Shown: positions 1 to 10,795 of the stretch, in pieces
How positions within the stretch are numbered: position 1 is the stretch's first letter
Layout of the letters: the number at the start of each line of letters is the position of its first letter
Assembly: GCA_018679315.1 (NCBI GenBank)
Contig: JAHHLF010000141.1
Span: 1 to 54,589, forward strand
Reading direction: 5' to 3'
DNA length: 54,589 nucleotides
Origin: Bacteroidia bacterium
Lineage (GTDB): Bacteria > Bacteroidota > Bacteroidia > Flavobacteriales > Flavobacteriaceae
Made by a program: the position numbers and the translations under genes
Notes under the pieces: model-generated
The model's input: the letters and a program-made list of their open reading frames with translations, nothing else
Told to the model about the DNA's origin: nothing
Database searches by the model: none

Positions 1-13
1 TCAGGATGTTGCT

Positions 14-1006
14 TTGATTCGGGAGCAAGTACCGAATTTGCGATATATTTCTCCGCGAAATCAGCTCGGAGGATTTCGAGGCACCAATAATGTAGTTCGG
101 GGGATAAAGACTGGGGCTTTCAACGTATATGGGGATTATCCTGAGATCATTAATCAAGATCCCATGAAAATAAGCTCGGGACGCTTTCTCAATCAATTAG
201 ACATTGAGCAAAAACGAAAAATAGCCATTATTGGTGAGGGCGTAAAAAGTAGTTTGTACGATCGGGGAGAAGATCCGCTGGGAACCTACATCAAGATCCA
301 GGGGGTAAATTTTTTGGTCGTCGGCACATATAAAAAAAGGAGTACTGATGGAGATGGGGAAGAAGCACAAAAAGAGATCTATATACCATTTACTGCTTTT
401 TCTCAAGCCTTTAACAGGGCCGATAATGTGGGTTGGATGGCAATTACAGCCAATGACGGTACGTCAATATCACAACTCAAAGAACGTATTGTCGGTGTGA
501 TGAAAGAAAAGCATAAAATTCATCCGGACGACTTACGTGCCATAGGGTATTTTGATCTCTATCAAGAGTATAACAAGGTAGAAAGTCTGTTTGGTGCTAT
601 GCGCGTAATTGCATATTTCGTCGGTATCCTTGTCTTGCTATCCGGAATTATCGGGGTGAGTAATATTATGCTAATTGTGGTCAAAGAGCGAACAAAAGAA
701 ATTGGTATACGCAGGGCCCTGGGAGAGGATCCCTGGTCTATTAAGAAGCAGATCCTACTGGAATCGATCTTCCTGACCTTAATTTCCGGAATGGCCGGAA
801 TAGTCATGGGGGCATTGTTTATATATGGTATCAATGCCATCCTTGATATGAGTGGGCCCGTTGATATGTTTTTGAATCCAAGCGTGAGCCTGGGTGTTGT
901 TAGCGGAGCCTTAGTGATCCTGATGACATCTGGTTTGCTCGCAGGATTTATCCCGGCACAAAGTGCCATAAAAGTGAAACCAATAGACGCTTTGCGAACT
1001 GAATAA
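14..1006 (+). CDS. ABC transporter permease, MacB/FtsX-like (5'-truncated by window edge)
   Basis: C-terminal 'VKERTKEIGIRRALG' and 'PAQSAIKVKPIDALRTE' motifs, hydrophobic TM segments; about 80 aa shorter than its paralogs, so the true start is probably upstream of the window. Confidence 0.9.
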   Translation: MIREQVPNLRYISPRNQLGGFRGTNNVVRGIKTGAFNVYGDYPEIINQDPMKISSGRFLNQLDIEQKRKIAIIGEGVKSSLYDRGEDPLGTYIKIQGVNFLVVGTYKKRSTDGDGEEAQKEIYIPFTAFSQAFNRADNVGWMAITANDGTSISQLKERIVGVMKEKHKIHPDDLRAIGYFDLYQEYNKVESLFGAMRVIAYFVGILVLLSGIIGVSNIMLIVVKERTKEIGIRRALGEDPWSIKKQILLESIFLTLISGMAGIVMGALFIYGINAILDMSGPVDMFLNPSVSLGVVSGALVILMTSGLLAGFIPAQSAIKVKPIDALRTE

Positions 1007-1017
1007 AAAACTATAAA

Positions 1018-2130
1018 ATGAAAAAATCAGTCACCCTAATTATTCTAATTACGATCATCATTGCTTTCGGGGGGGCCATGTACTACCTGTATCAAAAGAA
1101 TTCGGAAGATCCGATCATTTATGAAACTGAAAAACCTTCCACCCAAACAATTATCAGAAAAACGGTTGCAACCGGGAGTATTCTTCCGCTTGAGGAAGTA
1201 CTTATAAAACCAAATATTTCCGGAGTTATAGAAGAGGTATACGTAGAAGGGGGCGATTATGTGAAATCCGGGGATCTGCTGGCCAAGATCAAGGTAGTGC
1301 CTAATTTGAATGCACTTAATGATTCCAGAAACGCGATTGCAGAAGCCAGGATCGCACTAGATGATCAAAAGAGAAACCTGGACAGACAGACAAGTCTGTT
1401 TGATAAAGGAGTGATATCAAAAGTAGACCTTGAACGTGCCCAGGTGAGTTTTGACCAGGCGCGCCAATCGTACAATGCAGCCAATAAGCGATATGATATT
1501 GTAAAAACCGGTACTACAGCAGGATTTCGGAATGCAGCCAATACGCTAATACGCTCCACGGTCACAGGAATGGTCCTGGAGGTTCCTGTAGAAGTTGGAA
1601 ACCAGGTGATAGAAAGCAACAATTTTAATGAAGGAACTACAATTGCGGCTATCGCAGATGTTGAGAAAATGATCTTTGAAGGAAAAGTAGATGAATCTGA
1701 AGTGGGGAAGATCAAAGAAGATCTGCCTTTGGAGATTACTGTAGGAGCAATTGAGAACCAGGTTTTCGATGCTGTCCTTGACTACATTGCCCCGAAGGGA
1801 AATGTGGAGAACGGCGCTATCCAATTTGAGATCAAAGGCACCTTGTCTAAAAAAGATACCGTGTTTATTCGGGCGGGCTTGAGTGCCAATGCGTCCATTA
1901 TCCTGGATAGGGCAGACAGTGTCTTGGCATTAAAGGAAGCACTTATTCAATTTGACCCGGAAACCAAGGCTCCTTTTGTGGAAATTGCCACTGGCGACCA
2001 GGAGTTTGAAAGACGGGATGTGGAATTAGGAATCAGCGACGGGATCTTTGTAGAAGTAAAATCCGGGTTAACTGCGAGTGATAGTGTTAAAGTGTGGAAT
2101 GCTATCAAACCAGAAAACTTCGGTAGTTAG
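1018..2130 (+). CDS. Efflux periplasmic adaptor subunit (MacA/HlyD family)
   Basis: N-terminal TM anchor, barrel-sandwich motifs 'IKPNISGVIEEVYVEGGDYVKSGD' and 'IRSTVTGMV..VPVEVG', coiled-coil hairpin. Confidence 0.9.
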   Translation: MKKSVTLIILITIIIAFGGAMYYLYQKNSEDPIIYETEKPSTQTIIRKTVATGSILPLEEVLIKPNISGVIEEVYVEGGDYVKSGDLLAKIKVVPNLNALNDSRNAIAEARIALDDQKRNLDRQTSLFDKGVISKVDLERAQVSFDQARQSYNAANKRYDIVKTGTTAGFRNAANTLIRSTVTGMVLEVPVEVGNQVIESNNFNEGTTIAAIADVEKMIFEGKVDESEVGKIKEDLPLEITVGAIENQVFDAVLDYIAPKGNVENGAIQFEIKGTLSKKDTVFIRAGLSANASIILDRADSVLALKEALIQFDPETKAPFVEIATGDQEFERRDVELGISDGIFVEVKSGLTASDSVKVWNAIKPENFGS

Positions 2131-2226
2131 GGTATTTTAACATAATATTTACAGCCCCTTTTGTAACAATTTAACAACTTGCGAGTCCTATTACAGGATT
2201 TCAAAATAGCTAATAACGAGCCAACT

Positions 2227-2931
2227 ATGATAGAGATCAAAGACCTTCATAAATCATATCAGATGGGAAGTAATTCCCTTCATGTATTAAAAGGAATAAA
2301 TTTCGAGGTAAAGGAAGGCGAATTGGTCGCGATCATGGGCTCTTCAGGTTCTGGTAAATCTACGCTTCTGAATATTCTGGGGATGCTGGATGTAGCCGAC
2401 GAAGGAGATTATCACCTCGATGGAGTGCCGATCAAGAATATGAATGAAACCAAAGCTGCTCAATACAGGAATAAGTTCCTGGGCTTTATTTTTCAATCTT
2501 TTAATTTGATCAACTACAAAACTGCTTTGGAAAACGTGGCTTTACCCCTGTATTACCAAGGGAAAAGCAGAAAGGTACGCCAAGAAAAAGCAATGAAATA
2601 CCTGGAACAAGTAGGACTTAAAGATTGGTCTCACCATTTACCTAATGAATTGTCAGGTGGACAGAAACAGCGGGTAGCCATTGCCCGTGCTATGGTAGGT
2701 GAACCTAAAGTACTTCTTGCAGATGAGCTTACAGGTGCTTTGGATAGTACTACTTCTTATGAGGTTATGGAATTGATCCAGAAGATCAATGATGAAGGAA
2801 ATACCATTTTAGTTGTAACCCATGAAGTGGATATCGCGCATATGTGTAAGCGCATTGTACATTTAAGGGATGGCATAATTGTCAAAGATGAAAAAATAAA
2901 GCAGAAAAGAGCATCAGAATATGTTCAGTAG
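2227..2931 (+). CDS. ABC transporter ATP-binding protein (LolD/MacB-NBD family)
   Basis: Walker [10 protein letters not shown], signature [14 protein letters not shown], Walker B VLLADE, H-loop VVTHE; start set at ATG 2227 (MIEIKDLHK). Confidence 0.93.
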   Translation: MIEIKDLHKSYQMGSNSLHVLKGINFEVKEGELVAIMGSSGSGKSTLLNILGMLDVADEGDYHLDGVPIKNMNETKAAQYRNKFLGFIFQSFNLINYKTALENVALPLYYQGKSRKVRQEKAMKYLEQVGLKDWSHHLPNELSGGQKQRVAIARAMVGEPKVLLADELTGALDSTTSYEVMELIQKINDEGNTILVVTHEVDIAHMCKRIVHLRDGIIVKDEKIKQKRASEYVQ

Positions 2932-4150
2932 AGATACCTGGAAAGAAATATTTATATCCATCCAGAAGAATAAGATGAGAACCTTCCTGGCTGGATTTAC
3001 TGTGGCCCTGGGTATTCTCATTTTTGTTTCCCTGGTAGGACTTTCAAATGGCTTAAAAAATACGTTTGATGAGTTTTTTAGGGATGATGCCACCAATGTA
3101 TTCTTCTTATTTCCCGGACGCACCTCCATGCCTTATAAGGGATATAAATCCAACAGGCAGATTGAATTTGACAATTCGGACCTTGCCGATATTAAAAAGA
3201 CCTTCCCGCAATACCTGGAATATATAACACCCAGGATATCGCGCGGGGCCTTGGTCTCATATAAGGAAGAGTCCAATAATTATACAACGCGTGCTGTAGG
3301 ACCTGGCCATCAGTTTAATGAGAAGACCATTATAATGAAAGGCCGTTATATCAATGAAGAAGATATTAAGAACAAAACCAAATACGCTGTTATTGGCCGT
3401 CTTGTAGAAAAAGATCTTTTTGGAGATAAGAATGCTATGGGGAAATATGTGGATATGGGAGGCAGTGCCTTTAAAGTGATTGGCGTATTTCAGGATGATG
3501 GAGGAGATCGTGAAGAACGGAATATCTATATTCCATATACTACGAGACAATTAATTGAAAAGAATAATGATGAAATAGATCAGATCGTCCTGGCATTCAA
3601 GGAGGAACTCGGCTACGCCGGGGCCATGGCCTTTGAAGTGAGCCTTCGCAAGTTTATCAAAGAAAAAAAATACATCCACCCGGACGATGAGAATGGTTTG
3701 TTCATTCGCAACGTGGCCGATCAATTGCAGCAGAACAATCAATTTGCCAATGTGATCGCCATGGTATTTTCGGTTTTTGCGCTTGGTACGATCATCGCAG
3801 GTATTATTTGTATATCCAATATCATGGTATTTGTTGTCAATGAACGAACCAAAGAATTAGGTATTCGGAAAGCGCTGGGCGCAACACCGCGTTCTGTGAT
3901 CGGAACCATCTTGCTAGAATCTGTTTTCATCACGACAATTTCAGGATATGTGGGCATGCTGATCGGTGTCTTCCTGCTTCGTTCAATAGGTGATAAGCTT
4001 GAGGATTACTTTATAATGAACCCTTATATAGATACAGGATTGGCCATTTTTGCCACTATTATCCTGATAGTTTTTGGTGCTTTAGCGGGATATGTACCTG
4101 CAAGAAGAGCAGCTAAGATCAAACCAATTGTAGCTTTACAAGACAACTAA
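2921..4150 (+). CDS. ABC transporter permease, MacB/FtsX-like
   Basis: 'NKMRTFLAGFTVALGI' N-terminal motif, 'ERTKELGIRKALGA', 'PARRAAKIKPIVAL'. Confidence 0.92.
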   Translation: MFSRDTWKEIFISIQKNKMRTFLAGFTVALGILIFVSLVGLSNGLKNTFDEFFRDDATNVFFLFPGRTSMPYKGYKSNRQIEFDNSDLADIKKTFPQYLEYITPRISRGALVSYKEESNNYTTRAVGPGHQFNEKTIIMKGRYINEEDIKNKTKYAVIGRLVEKDLFGDKNAMGKYVDMGGSAFKVIGVFQDDGGDREERNIYIPYTTRQLIEKNNDEIDQIVLAFKEELGYAGAMAFEVSLRKFIKEKKYIHPDDENGLFIRNVADQLQQNNQFANVIAMVFSVFALGTIIAGIICISNIMVFVVNERTKELGIRKALGATPRSVIGTILLESVFITTISGYVGMLIGVFLLRSIGDKLEDYFIMNPYIDTGLAIFATIILIVFGALAGYVPARRAAKIKPIVALQDN

Positions 4151-4151
4151 G

Positions 4152-5414
4152 ATGAGACTGTTATTTGACAGAAATACCTGGCAAGAGATCTTCGGTTCTA
4201 TCCGAAAGAATAAGATACGTACGATCATTACAGTGATCGGGGTTTTATGGGGCATCTTCGTCTACATCGCTCTTTCGGGTGCGGCTAAGGGTATGGACAA
4301 CGGATTTGAGCGCTCATTTGAAAACATAGCCATGAATAGTCTTTTTACCTGGGCACAGAATACGAGCATACCCTACGAAGGCTTTAAGACGGGAAGAAGC
4401 CTTCAGCTCAAATTAAATGATGCCAGGGTAATACAAAACAGAATTCCGGAGATCCAATACATTGCCCCTAGAAATGTCAGAGGGGTCTTTGGTGATGCTC
4501 CAGGTGCAATAGTACGAGGAACTAAATCCGGGAGCTATGCGGTTTATGGTGATTTCCCTGTCTTTACTTCAATAGCCACCAAAGAGATCTATGATAACGG
4601 ACGGTTTGTCAATGAAGCAGATATTGAACAGGCGCGAAAGGTATGTGTCATTGGTGAACGTACCCAACAAGAACTTTTTGATAAAGACGAAGATCCAATT
4701 GGTGGATATATCCGAATAGATAACATTTATTTCCAGGTCGTGGGTGTGCACAAATTCACTCAAGGAGGGGGTTTTGGAGGTGATGGAGATATTCATATTC
4801 CATTTACGACCTATAAGAAATTGTATAATACGGGTGAAAATGTAGGCTGGTTCTCTATAGCTGCCTATGACGATGCCGATGTCATACAAGTAGAAAAAGA
4901 TGTGAAATCAGTATTAAAAGGGATACATAGAGTACACCCGGATGACGAAAGAGCTTTTGGTTCTTTCAATTTGGGGGAAATTTTTAACAGGATCATGGGC
5001 TTCTCCAAAGGGCTGACCTTTATCTCTTTGATAGTCGGTGTAGCCACAATTCTTGCCGGTATTATCGGTATTGGAGCCATTCTATTGATATCTGTTAAAG
5101 AACGTACCAAAGAACTTGGAGTTCGCCGTGCCCTGGGTGCGACACCACGAGAGATCCGTTCCTTAATTATATTGGAATGTGTCTTCCTCACAGTTATTTC
5201 CGGTGTAATGGGAATTATCCTGGGAGCAGTAGTATTAAATGTGGTTAACAATGCCACACAAGACATAGATTTCCCTTATACGAATCCAACGGTGCCCATT
5301 CCTTTAGTATTAGGAGCCATGGCGCTTATGGTGATCATGGGTACATTAATTGGGATGATACCGGCGCAGAGAGCTGTCAGTATTCGACCGATAGATGCCC
5401 TGAGGGAAGAATAA
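4152..5414 (+). CDS. ABC transporter permease, MacB/FtsX-like
   Basis: 'NKIRTIITVIGVLWGI', 'VKERTKELGVRRALGA', 'PAQRAVSIRPIDALREE'; paralog of 14..1006. Confidence 0.92.
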   Translation: MRLLFDRNTWQEIFGSIRKNKIRTIITVIGVLWGIFVYIALSGAAKGMDNGFERSFENIAMNSLFTWAQNTSIPYEGFKTGRSLQLKLNDARVIQNRIPEIQYIAPRNVRGVFGDAPGAIVRGTKSGSYAVYGDFPVFTSIATKEIYDNGRFVNEADIEQARKVCVIGERTQQELFDKDEDPIGGYIRIDNIYFQVVGVHKFTQGGGFGGDGDIHIPFTTYKKLYNTGENVGWFSIAAYDDADVIQVEKDVKSVLKGIHRVHPDDERAFGSFNLGEIFNRIMGFSKGLTFISLIVGVATILAGIIGIGAILLISVKERTKELGVRRALGATPREIRSLIILECVFLTVISGVMGIILGAVVLNVVNNATQDIDFPYTNPTVPIPLVLGAMALMVIMGTLIGMIPAQRAVSIRPIDALREE

Positions 5415-5452
5415 ATTCAACCAGAAACAAGAACTAATACAAATAATAGAAA

Positions 5453-6589
5453 ATGAACAAGTTTGTAAAATATGGATTGATCGGTATCCTCGTATTAGGA
5501 GCCATGTGGGCTGCAGCCTTTTTTATAAAGTCTAATGCCAAATCGGCCATCACCTATGAGACGCAAAAGCCTTTTACGTCTTCCATAGAAAAGAAAACAG
5601 TGGCCACCGGGAAAGTGATCCCCGAAGATGAAATTGAGATCAAACCACAGATCTCAGGGATCATTGATAAGATCTACATGGAAGAAGGTGCTCCGGTAAA
5701 AACGGGAGATCTGATCGCTACGATCAAAGTAGTTCCTAATGAACAAGCTTTGAACCAGGCCAGGGGTCGTGTACGTAATGCGGAAATCGCCCTGAGCAAC
5801 ACAGAGATAGAATACAACAGGAATAAGGCCCTGTTTGACAAAGGGGTTATTTCCAGCCAGGATTTCAATAATCTGAAACTACAATATGATCAGGCTGTAC
5901 AGGAATTGAGCAATGCACGGGCAGATTACCAGATCATTCGTCGGGGTTCTGCCGGAGGTTCTGCCAGTGCTAACACCAATATTCGGGCAACGGTAACCGG
6001 AACCATTTTAGAGATCCCGGTTGAAGAAGGAGACCAGGTGATCCAAAGTAACAATTTTAATGACGGAACTACGATCGCTTCTATTGCCGATTTGGGAAAA
6101 ATGATCTTCGAAGGAAAAGTAGACGAAGGGGAAGTAGGGAAGCTCCAACTTGGCATGCCTTTAGAGATCAGCCTTGGTGCGCTGGAAGATCAGAAATTCG
6201 TTGCAGAGCTCAGGTTCATAGCACCAAAAGGTGTTGAAGAAGCAGGCGCCGTACAGTTTAAGATCGAAGGCGATGTGCAGGTCAATGACTCTATTATGAT
6301 CCGTGCCGGATACAGTGCGAATGCTTCTTTGGTATTGGAACGAAAAGATAGCATTATGGTTATTCCGGAAGCCCTGCTTCAGTTTGATAAAGAAACGGAT
6401 GAGCCCTTTGTTGAAGTGGCTACAGGGGAACAGGAGTTTGAACGTAAAGATGTTGAAATTGGGATATCCGATGGTATCAATGTGGAAATAGTTTCCGGAT
6501 TGACCGAAGAAGATGAAGTTAAGATCTGGAAAAAGACGGAACCGATAAAGGCAGGAGAAGAAGACGAGGAAGAAGAGGATAACGCATAG
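5453..6589 (+). CDS. Efflux periplasmic adaptor subunit (MacA/HlyD family)
   Basis: Clear paralog of 1018..2130 (shared SNNFN.GTTIA.IAD..KMIFEGKVDE block). Confidence 0.9.
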   Translation: MNKFVKYGLIGILVLGAMWAAAFFIKSNAKSAITYETQKPFTSSIEKKTVATGKVIPEDEIEIKPQISGIIDKIYMEEGAPVKTGDLIATIKVVPNEQALNQARGRVRNAEIALSNTEIEYNRNKALFDKGVISSQDFNNLKLQYDQAVQELSNARADYQIIRRGSAGGSASANTNIRATVTGTILEIPVEEGDQVIQSNNFNDGTTIASIADLGKMIFEGKVDEGEVGKLQLGMPLEISLGALEDQKFVAELRFIAPKGVEEAGAVQFKIEGDVQVNDSIMIRAGYSANASLVLERKDSIMVIPEALLQFDKETDEPFVEVATGEQEFERKDVEIGISDGINVEIVSGLTEEDEVKIWKKTEPIKAGEEDEEEEDNA

Positions 6590-6652
6590 TAACCAATCAA
6601 GTTGAATTTCTGCAGTCTAAATAAAAGACCGCATACTATCAAAAAACGACTC

Positions 6653-7993
6653 ATGAAAATTAAGATCACTTTAGCCTTATGCCTTTTTGCTATTGTCATT
6701 GGTACGGCACAAGTACGTAAATGGACGCTCGAAGAATGTGTTACCTATGCAGTAGATAACAACCTCACCATTGAGCAATTTGAATTAGACCTGCAGAATG
6801 CCCAGATCGATAGATCGGATGCGCTGGGTAATTTCATCCCTAATCTAAATGGGCAGATAAGTACTTCCGGAAATACAGGGCTTATTTTAGATCCTACTAC
6901 CAATAGCCTGGTTACCGGGACCATTTTCTCTGCTTCAGGAAATGTAACTTCGGGATTGACCTTATTTGACGGATTGCGTAATATCTATCAAATGAACCGG
7001 GCGCGCCTGAATGAAGTTGCCAATCAATACCGCCTGGATAATCTGATAGATGATATCCGATTGAATGTGGCGAATGCCTATTTGCTGGTACTGTCTAATA
7101 AGGAATCGCTAAAAGTATTTGAAGCCCAATTTGCAGTTACCGAACAAGATATGAAGCGTACCAAGGAATTGGTAGATTCCGGAGTGGTGCCCAGAGGAGA
7201 CCTTTTAGAAATAGAAGCCACTGCGGCTAACCAGGAACAGCAAATAGTAGATGGACTGAATCAGGTTACTTTGTCGCTTATTAGCCTTGCACAATTGTTA
7301 CAGATCACAGACTATGAAAATTTTGATATTGCCGATGAGGAGTTTGCTGTACCTACCTCAGATATATTAAATTATTCACCTAAAGTTATTTTTGATAAGG
7401 CCCTTACGTTTAGGAATGATATTAAGTTTTCCGCGGCGAATGTTGATTTGGCCGAAAAGGATCTTCAGATCGCGAGAGGAGCAATCTTTCCAACAATAGG
7501 TGCCTTTATTAACTACAATACCCGTTATTCAGATCAAACATTAGACCCGTTGACTGGGCAGACCATACCCTTCAGAGATCAAGTATACCTCAATGATGGT
7601 ATTTCCTATGGGGCCCAAGTGAACATTCCCATTTTTAATGGTTTCAGTACAGGAAATAATATTAAGCGCTCCCAGATAAGCCTGGAGAAAGCGCGACTTC
7701 AGTTTGAGCAGGATAAATTAGATCTTGAAAACACTATCAACGTGGCTTATGTAGACGTCCAAAGTTTTGCAAAATCCTATGAAGCTGCTCAGAAAACATT
7801 GGAAGCAAGGAAGTTAGCCTATGATTATTCCAAGGAACGCTTCGATGTAGGCCTGATGAACGCTTTTGACTTTAGTCAGGCACAGGCACGTGTAGATAAC
7901 GCTGAAGCAGAAGTGATCCGGACTAAGTATAATTATATTTTCCGGATTAAAGTTTTAGAATTTTACTTCGGTCTGCCCATCACTTTGAACTAG
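6653..7993 (+). CDS. TolC family outer membrane efflux protein
   Basis: Signal peptide from ATG 6653, 'WTLEECVTYAVDNNL' motif, two OEP-like repeats, located at end of exporter cluster. Confidence 0.9.
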   Translation: MKIKITLALCLFAIVIGTAQVRKWTLEECVTYAVDNNLTIEQFELDLQNAQIDRSDALGNFIPNLNGQISTSGNTGLILDPTTNSLVTGTIFSASGNVTSGLTLFDGLRNIYQMNRARLNEVANQYRLDNLIDDIRLNVANAYLLVLSNKESLKVFEAQFAVTEQDMKRTKELVDSGVVPRGDLLEIEATAANQEQQIVDGLNQVTLSLISLAQLLQITDYENFDIADEEFAVPTSDILNYSPKVIFDKALTFRNDIKFSAANVDLAEKDLQIARGAIFPTIGAFINYNTRYSDQTLDPLTGQTIPFRDQVYLNDGISYGAQVNIPIFNGFSTGNNIKRSQISLEKARLQFEQDKLDLENTINVAYVDVQSFAKSYEAAQKTLEARKLAYDYSKERFDVGLMNAFDFSQAQARVDNAEAEVIRTKYNYIFRIKVLEFYFGLPITLN

Positions 7994-7995
7994 CG

Positions 7996-8003
7996 TATCT
8001 TTG
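7996..8003 (+). promoter_or_regulatory. Bacteroidota -7 promoter element (TAnnTTTG) for tsaB
   Basis: TATCTTTG just upstream of ATG 8012. Confidence 0.55.
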
Positions 8004-8011
8004 TGGCCATT

Positions 8012-8683
8012 ATGGCCTTGATACTTCATTTAGAAACCGCAACTACCAATTGTTCTGTCAGCCTGGCTGGATCGGGACAATTGTTGCTATTAAAAGAACA
8101 CGCCAGCGCACAATACAGTCATGCTGAGGAGCTTCATTTATTCATACAGCAGGCAATGAATGAAGCAGGTAAAACATTTGACGAACTGGAAGCCGTAGCG
8201 GTAAGTAAAGGCCCGGGTTCTTATACCGGTTTGCGAATTGGGGTTTCGGCTGCTAAAGGATTGTGCTACGCCCTGGATATTCCTTTGATCTCTGTATCTA
8301 CACTTGATTCCTTAGCTCGACAAAAGCAGGGCCGGGAAGGCTATATTATCCCCGTTCTTGATGCCAGGCGAATGGAAGTATATTCGGCAGTATATTCGGC
8401 AGATTATGAACAAGTGAGACAGATCAAAGCAGAGGTTATTGATGAATCTTCCTTCTCTGAATTCCTCGCAAAAGAAACCTGTCACATTATCGGACCCGGA
8501 GCTGAGAAATGTGCAGAGGTGATCAGGCATAAGAATGCAGTCTTCCATATTGAGGCATTGCCTTCAGCCAGTGAAATGATCTCCATAGCATTAGCGAAAT
8601 GGGAATCAACATCTTTTGAAGATGTGGCCTATTTTGAGCCCTTTTACCTCAAAGAATTCATAACGACCGCTAAGCGTCGCTAA
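8012..8683 (+). CDS. tsaB: tRNA threonylcarbamoyladenosine biosynthesis protein TsaB
   Basis: 'ILHLETAT..CSV', 'AVAVSKGPGSYTGLRIG', 'DARRMEVY', 'FEPFYLK'. Confidence 0.95.
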   Translation: MALILHLETATTNCSVSLAGSGQLLLLKEHASAQYSHAEELHLFIQQAMNEAGKTFDELEAVAVSKGPGSYTGLRIGVSAAKGLCYALDIPLISVSTLDSLARQKQGREGYIIPVLDARRMEVYSAVYSADYEQVRQIKAEVIDESSFSEFLAKETCHIIGPGAEKCAEVIRHKNAVFHIEALPSASEMISIALAKWESTSFEDVAYFEPFYLKEFITTAKRR

Positions 8684-10694
8684 GTTTTTGCAAGGCCTCC
8701 AAAGGATCTTCAAGGGGTAATTGACATGTGCCGTGTTCACATATATAAAAACGTGTATTTTCATTGTGTGCACGTCCTTTAAAGAGGTCCAGCCCCTCTT
8801 CCGATTCACTGGCAGCTAAAATACTTTGAGGCAGGTAGGAGCTTTGGATCAATTCAGATTTTTGTTTGTAATCTCGTCCGACGACAACAACTTCATGAAA
8901 TGGATAGAGTTCCCAAAGATAAAGTTGCATCCAATTGGCGTACGCTCCTATCGATCTTCCCAATTCAGGTATATGGTTGCGCATTTTAGCATAGATCTCT
9001 TCATAAATGGATAAGGGAAAATATCTGTTTAACTTAAAAGCCACCTGGGCAAGAACAGAATTTGATGAAGGGATCACATTGTCTTCGCGTTCTAAGGTGC
9101 GTCTTATAAGCTTGGCATCATCCGACGAAGTATAATAGAACAAGCCACTCTCAGAATCATAGAACTGCGTTATAAGCTGCTCAAAGATCCCTTTTGATCG
9201 TTCTAACCAACGCAGGTCGAAATTCGCTTCATACAAGGCCAAATAGGCTTCTGCCAATAAGGCATAGTCGTCTGCAAAACCGTGGATAGCCCCTTCAATA
9301 TTAACAGGGGTGCGATACACCCGACCTCCTTTTGATCGGTGATTTGCCTCCAAGTATGCAGCCGTGTCCAAAGCCATGTCAAGCCACTTCGGTTGCCCTA
9401 AGTACCGGTAAGCTTGGGCAAGCCCTTTTATGACAAGTGCATTCCAGGAAGTGAGGATCTTGGAATCCAGTCGGGGAGCACTTCGCTCTCTTCGGATCGA
9501 AAGGAGCGCAACCTTCCAGTTTTGCACCATTTCCCGGAGCTCCTCTTCATTCAATTTCCATTTCTTTGCGAACTCAGCATCACTGGAATTTCGGATAAGG
9601 ACATACTTGCCTTCTTCCCAAAATCCATAATCATTCACATTGTAGTATTCAGCAAAGAACGAAAATTTGTCACCCAGGATCTCTTCTAATTCTTCTTTAG
9701 ACCAGGCATAATAGGCCCCTTCTACAAGTGCACCTTGTGTATCGAGGCTATCTGCATCTAAAGAAGCATAGTATCCGCCATCGGGATGTTTTAGGTCTTT
9801 TTGAAGAAATGAAATGGTATTTTCAACTACCTGTTTGTAATACGAATTTTTTGTTAGGGCATATCCTTTACTATACACACTAAGTAACTGTGCATTATCA
9901 TAGAGCATTTTCTCAAAATGAGGCACATGCCACCTCATATCTACACTATATCGGGCAAAGCCGCCTGCAAGCTGGTCCTGCAGTCCACCATAGGCCATTC
10001 GCGTCAACGTTGTATTGAGGTAGTCCAGTGCTTCTTCCTTTCCGCTAACCCAATAGTAGTTCATCAGGAATTCCAGATTGACTGGCATCATGAATTTTGG
10101 CGCCCTATTGTAGCCACCGAATTCCGGATCCATACGTTGTATCCAGTTTTCGATCGCCTCCTCAATAGAATTTTTTTGTGGCAAATTTGATTTTTGCGCG
10201 GCAGGCTGATTAATTGACAAGAGACCCTGCGTTAGGTCTTCTGCATATTGGATCACCTTGGCCGGGTCATCTTTATAAAGCTGGGCTAATTGTGAGATCG
10301 TATGAAGCCATCTGTCTTTGGGGACATATGTTGCACCCCAGAAGGGCCGGCCATCGGGCAAAGCGATCACATTTAATGGCCATCCGCCAGATCCGGTCAT
10401 TAGCTGTAAGGCATCCATATAGATCTGGTCAACATCCGGCCTTTCTTCCCGGTCTACCTTAATATTGATAAAATGAGCATTCATTACTTCTGCTACTTGC
10501 TCATCCTCAAAACATTCTTTTTCCATGACATGACACCAATGGCAAGCTGCATAGCCAATACTGATCAATATTAGTTTTTCCTCTGTTTTGGCCCTGGACA
10601 ACTGACCCTCCTTCCAGCCAACCCAATTCACGGGATTATGTGCGTGTTGGAGTAAATATGGACTCGATTCATGTATCAATTCATTCGTATGCAT
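8670..10694 (-). CDS. Thioredoxin-domain protein, YyaL/SPATA20 (DUF255) family
   Basis: 'NELIHESSPYLLQHAHNPVNW', 'CHWCHVME', 'KVDREERPDVD', 'VPHFEKMLYDNAQL'. Confidence 0.92.
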   Translation of the reverse strand: MHTNELIHESSPYLLQHAHNPVNWVGWKEGQLSRAKTEEKLILISIGYAACHWCHVMEKECFEDEQVAEVMNAHFINIKVDREERPDVDQIYMDALQLMTGSGGWPLNVIALPDGRPFWGATYVPKDRWLHTISQLAQLYKDDPAKVIQYAEDLTQGLLSINQPAAQKSNLPQKNSIEEAIENWIQRMDPEFGGYNRAPKFMMPVNLEFLMNYYWVSGKEEALDYLNTTLTRMAYGGLQDQLAGGFARYSVDMRWHVPHFEKMLYDNAQLLSVYSKGYALTKNSYYKQVVENTISFLQKDLKHPDGGYYASLDADSLDTQGALVEGAYYAWSKEELEEILGDKFSFFAEYYNVNDYGFWEEGKYVLIRNSSDAEFAKKWKLNEEELREMVQNWKVALLSIRRERSAPRLDSKILTSWNALVIKGLAQAYRYLGQPKWLDMALDTAAYLEANHRSKGGRVYRTPVNIEGAIHGFADDYALLAEAYLALYEANFDLRWLERSKGIFEQLITQFYDSESGLFYYTSSDDAKLIRRTLEREDNVIPSSNSVLAQVAFKLNRYFPLSIYEEIYAKMRNHIPELGRSIGAYANWMQLYLWELYPFHEVVVVGRDYKQKSELIQSSYLPQSILAASESEEGLDLFKGRAHNENTRFYICEHGTCQLPLEDPLEALQKLSDA

Positions 10695-10749
10695 GTGAAG
10701 GACTATATCTTAAATGTAGGAATTAAATTATCCGCCATAAGCTGGAAAT

Positions 10750-10774
10750 AAAAAAAGCGCCAAGATGGCGCTTT
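10750..10774 (-). terminator. Intrinsic terminator after dodecin
   Basis: AAAGCGCCA-aga-TGGCGCTTT hairpin with T-tract on minus strand. Confidence 0.75.
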
Positions 10775-10795
10775 AAAAGATCGGGTTATTTTTAG

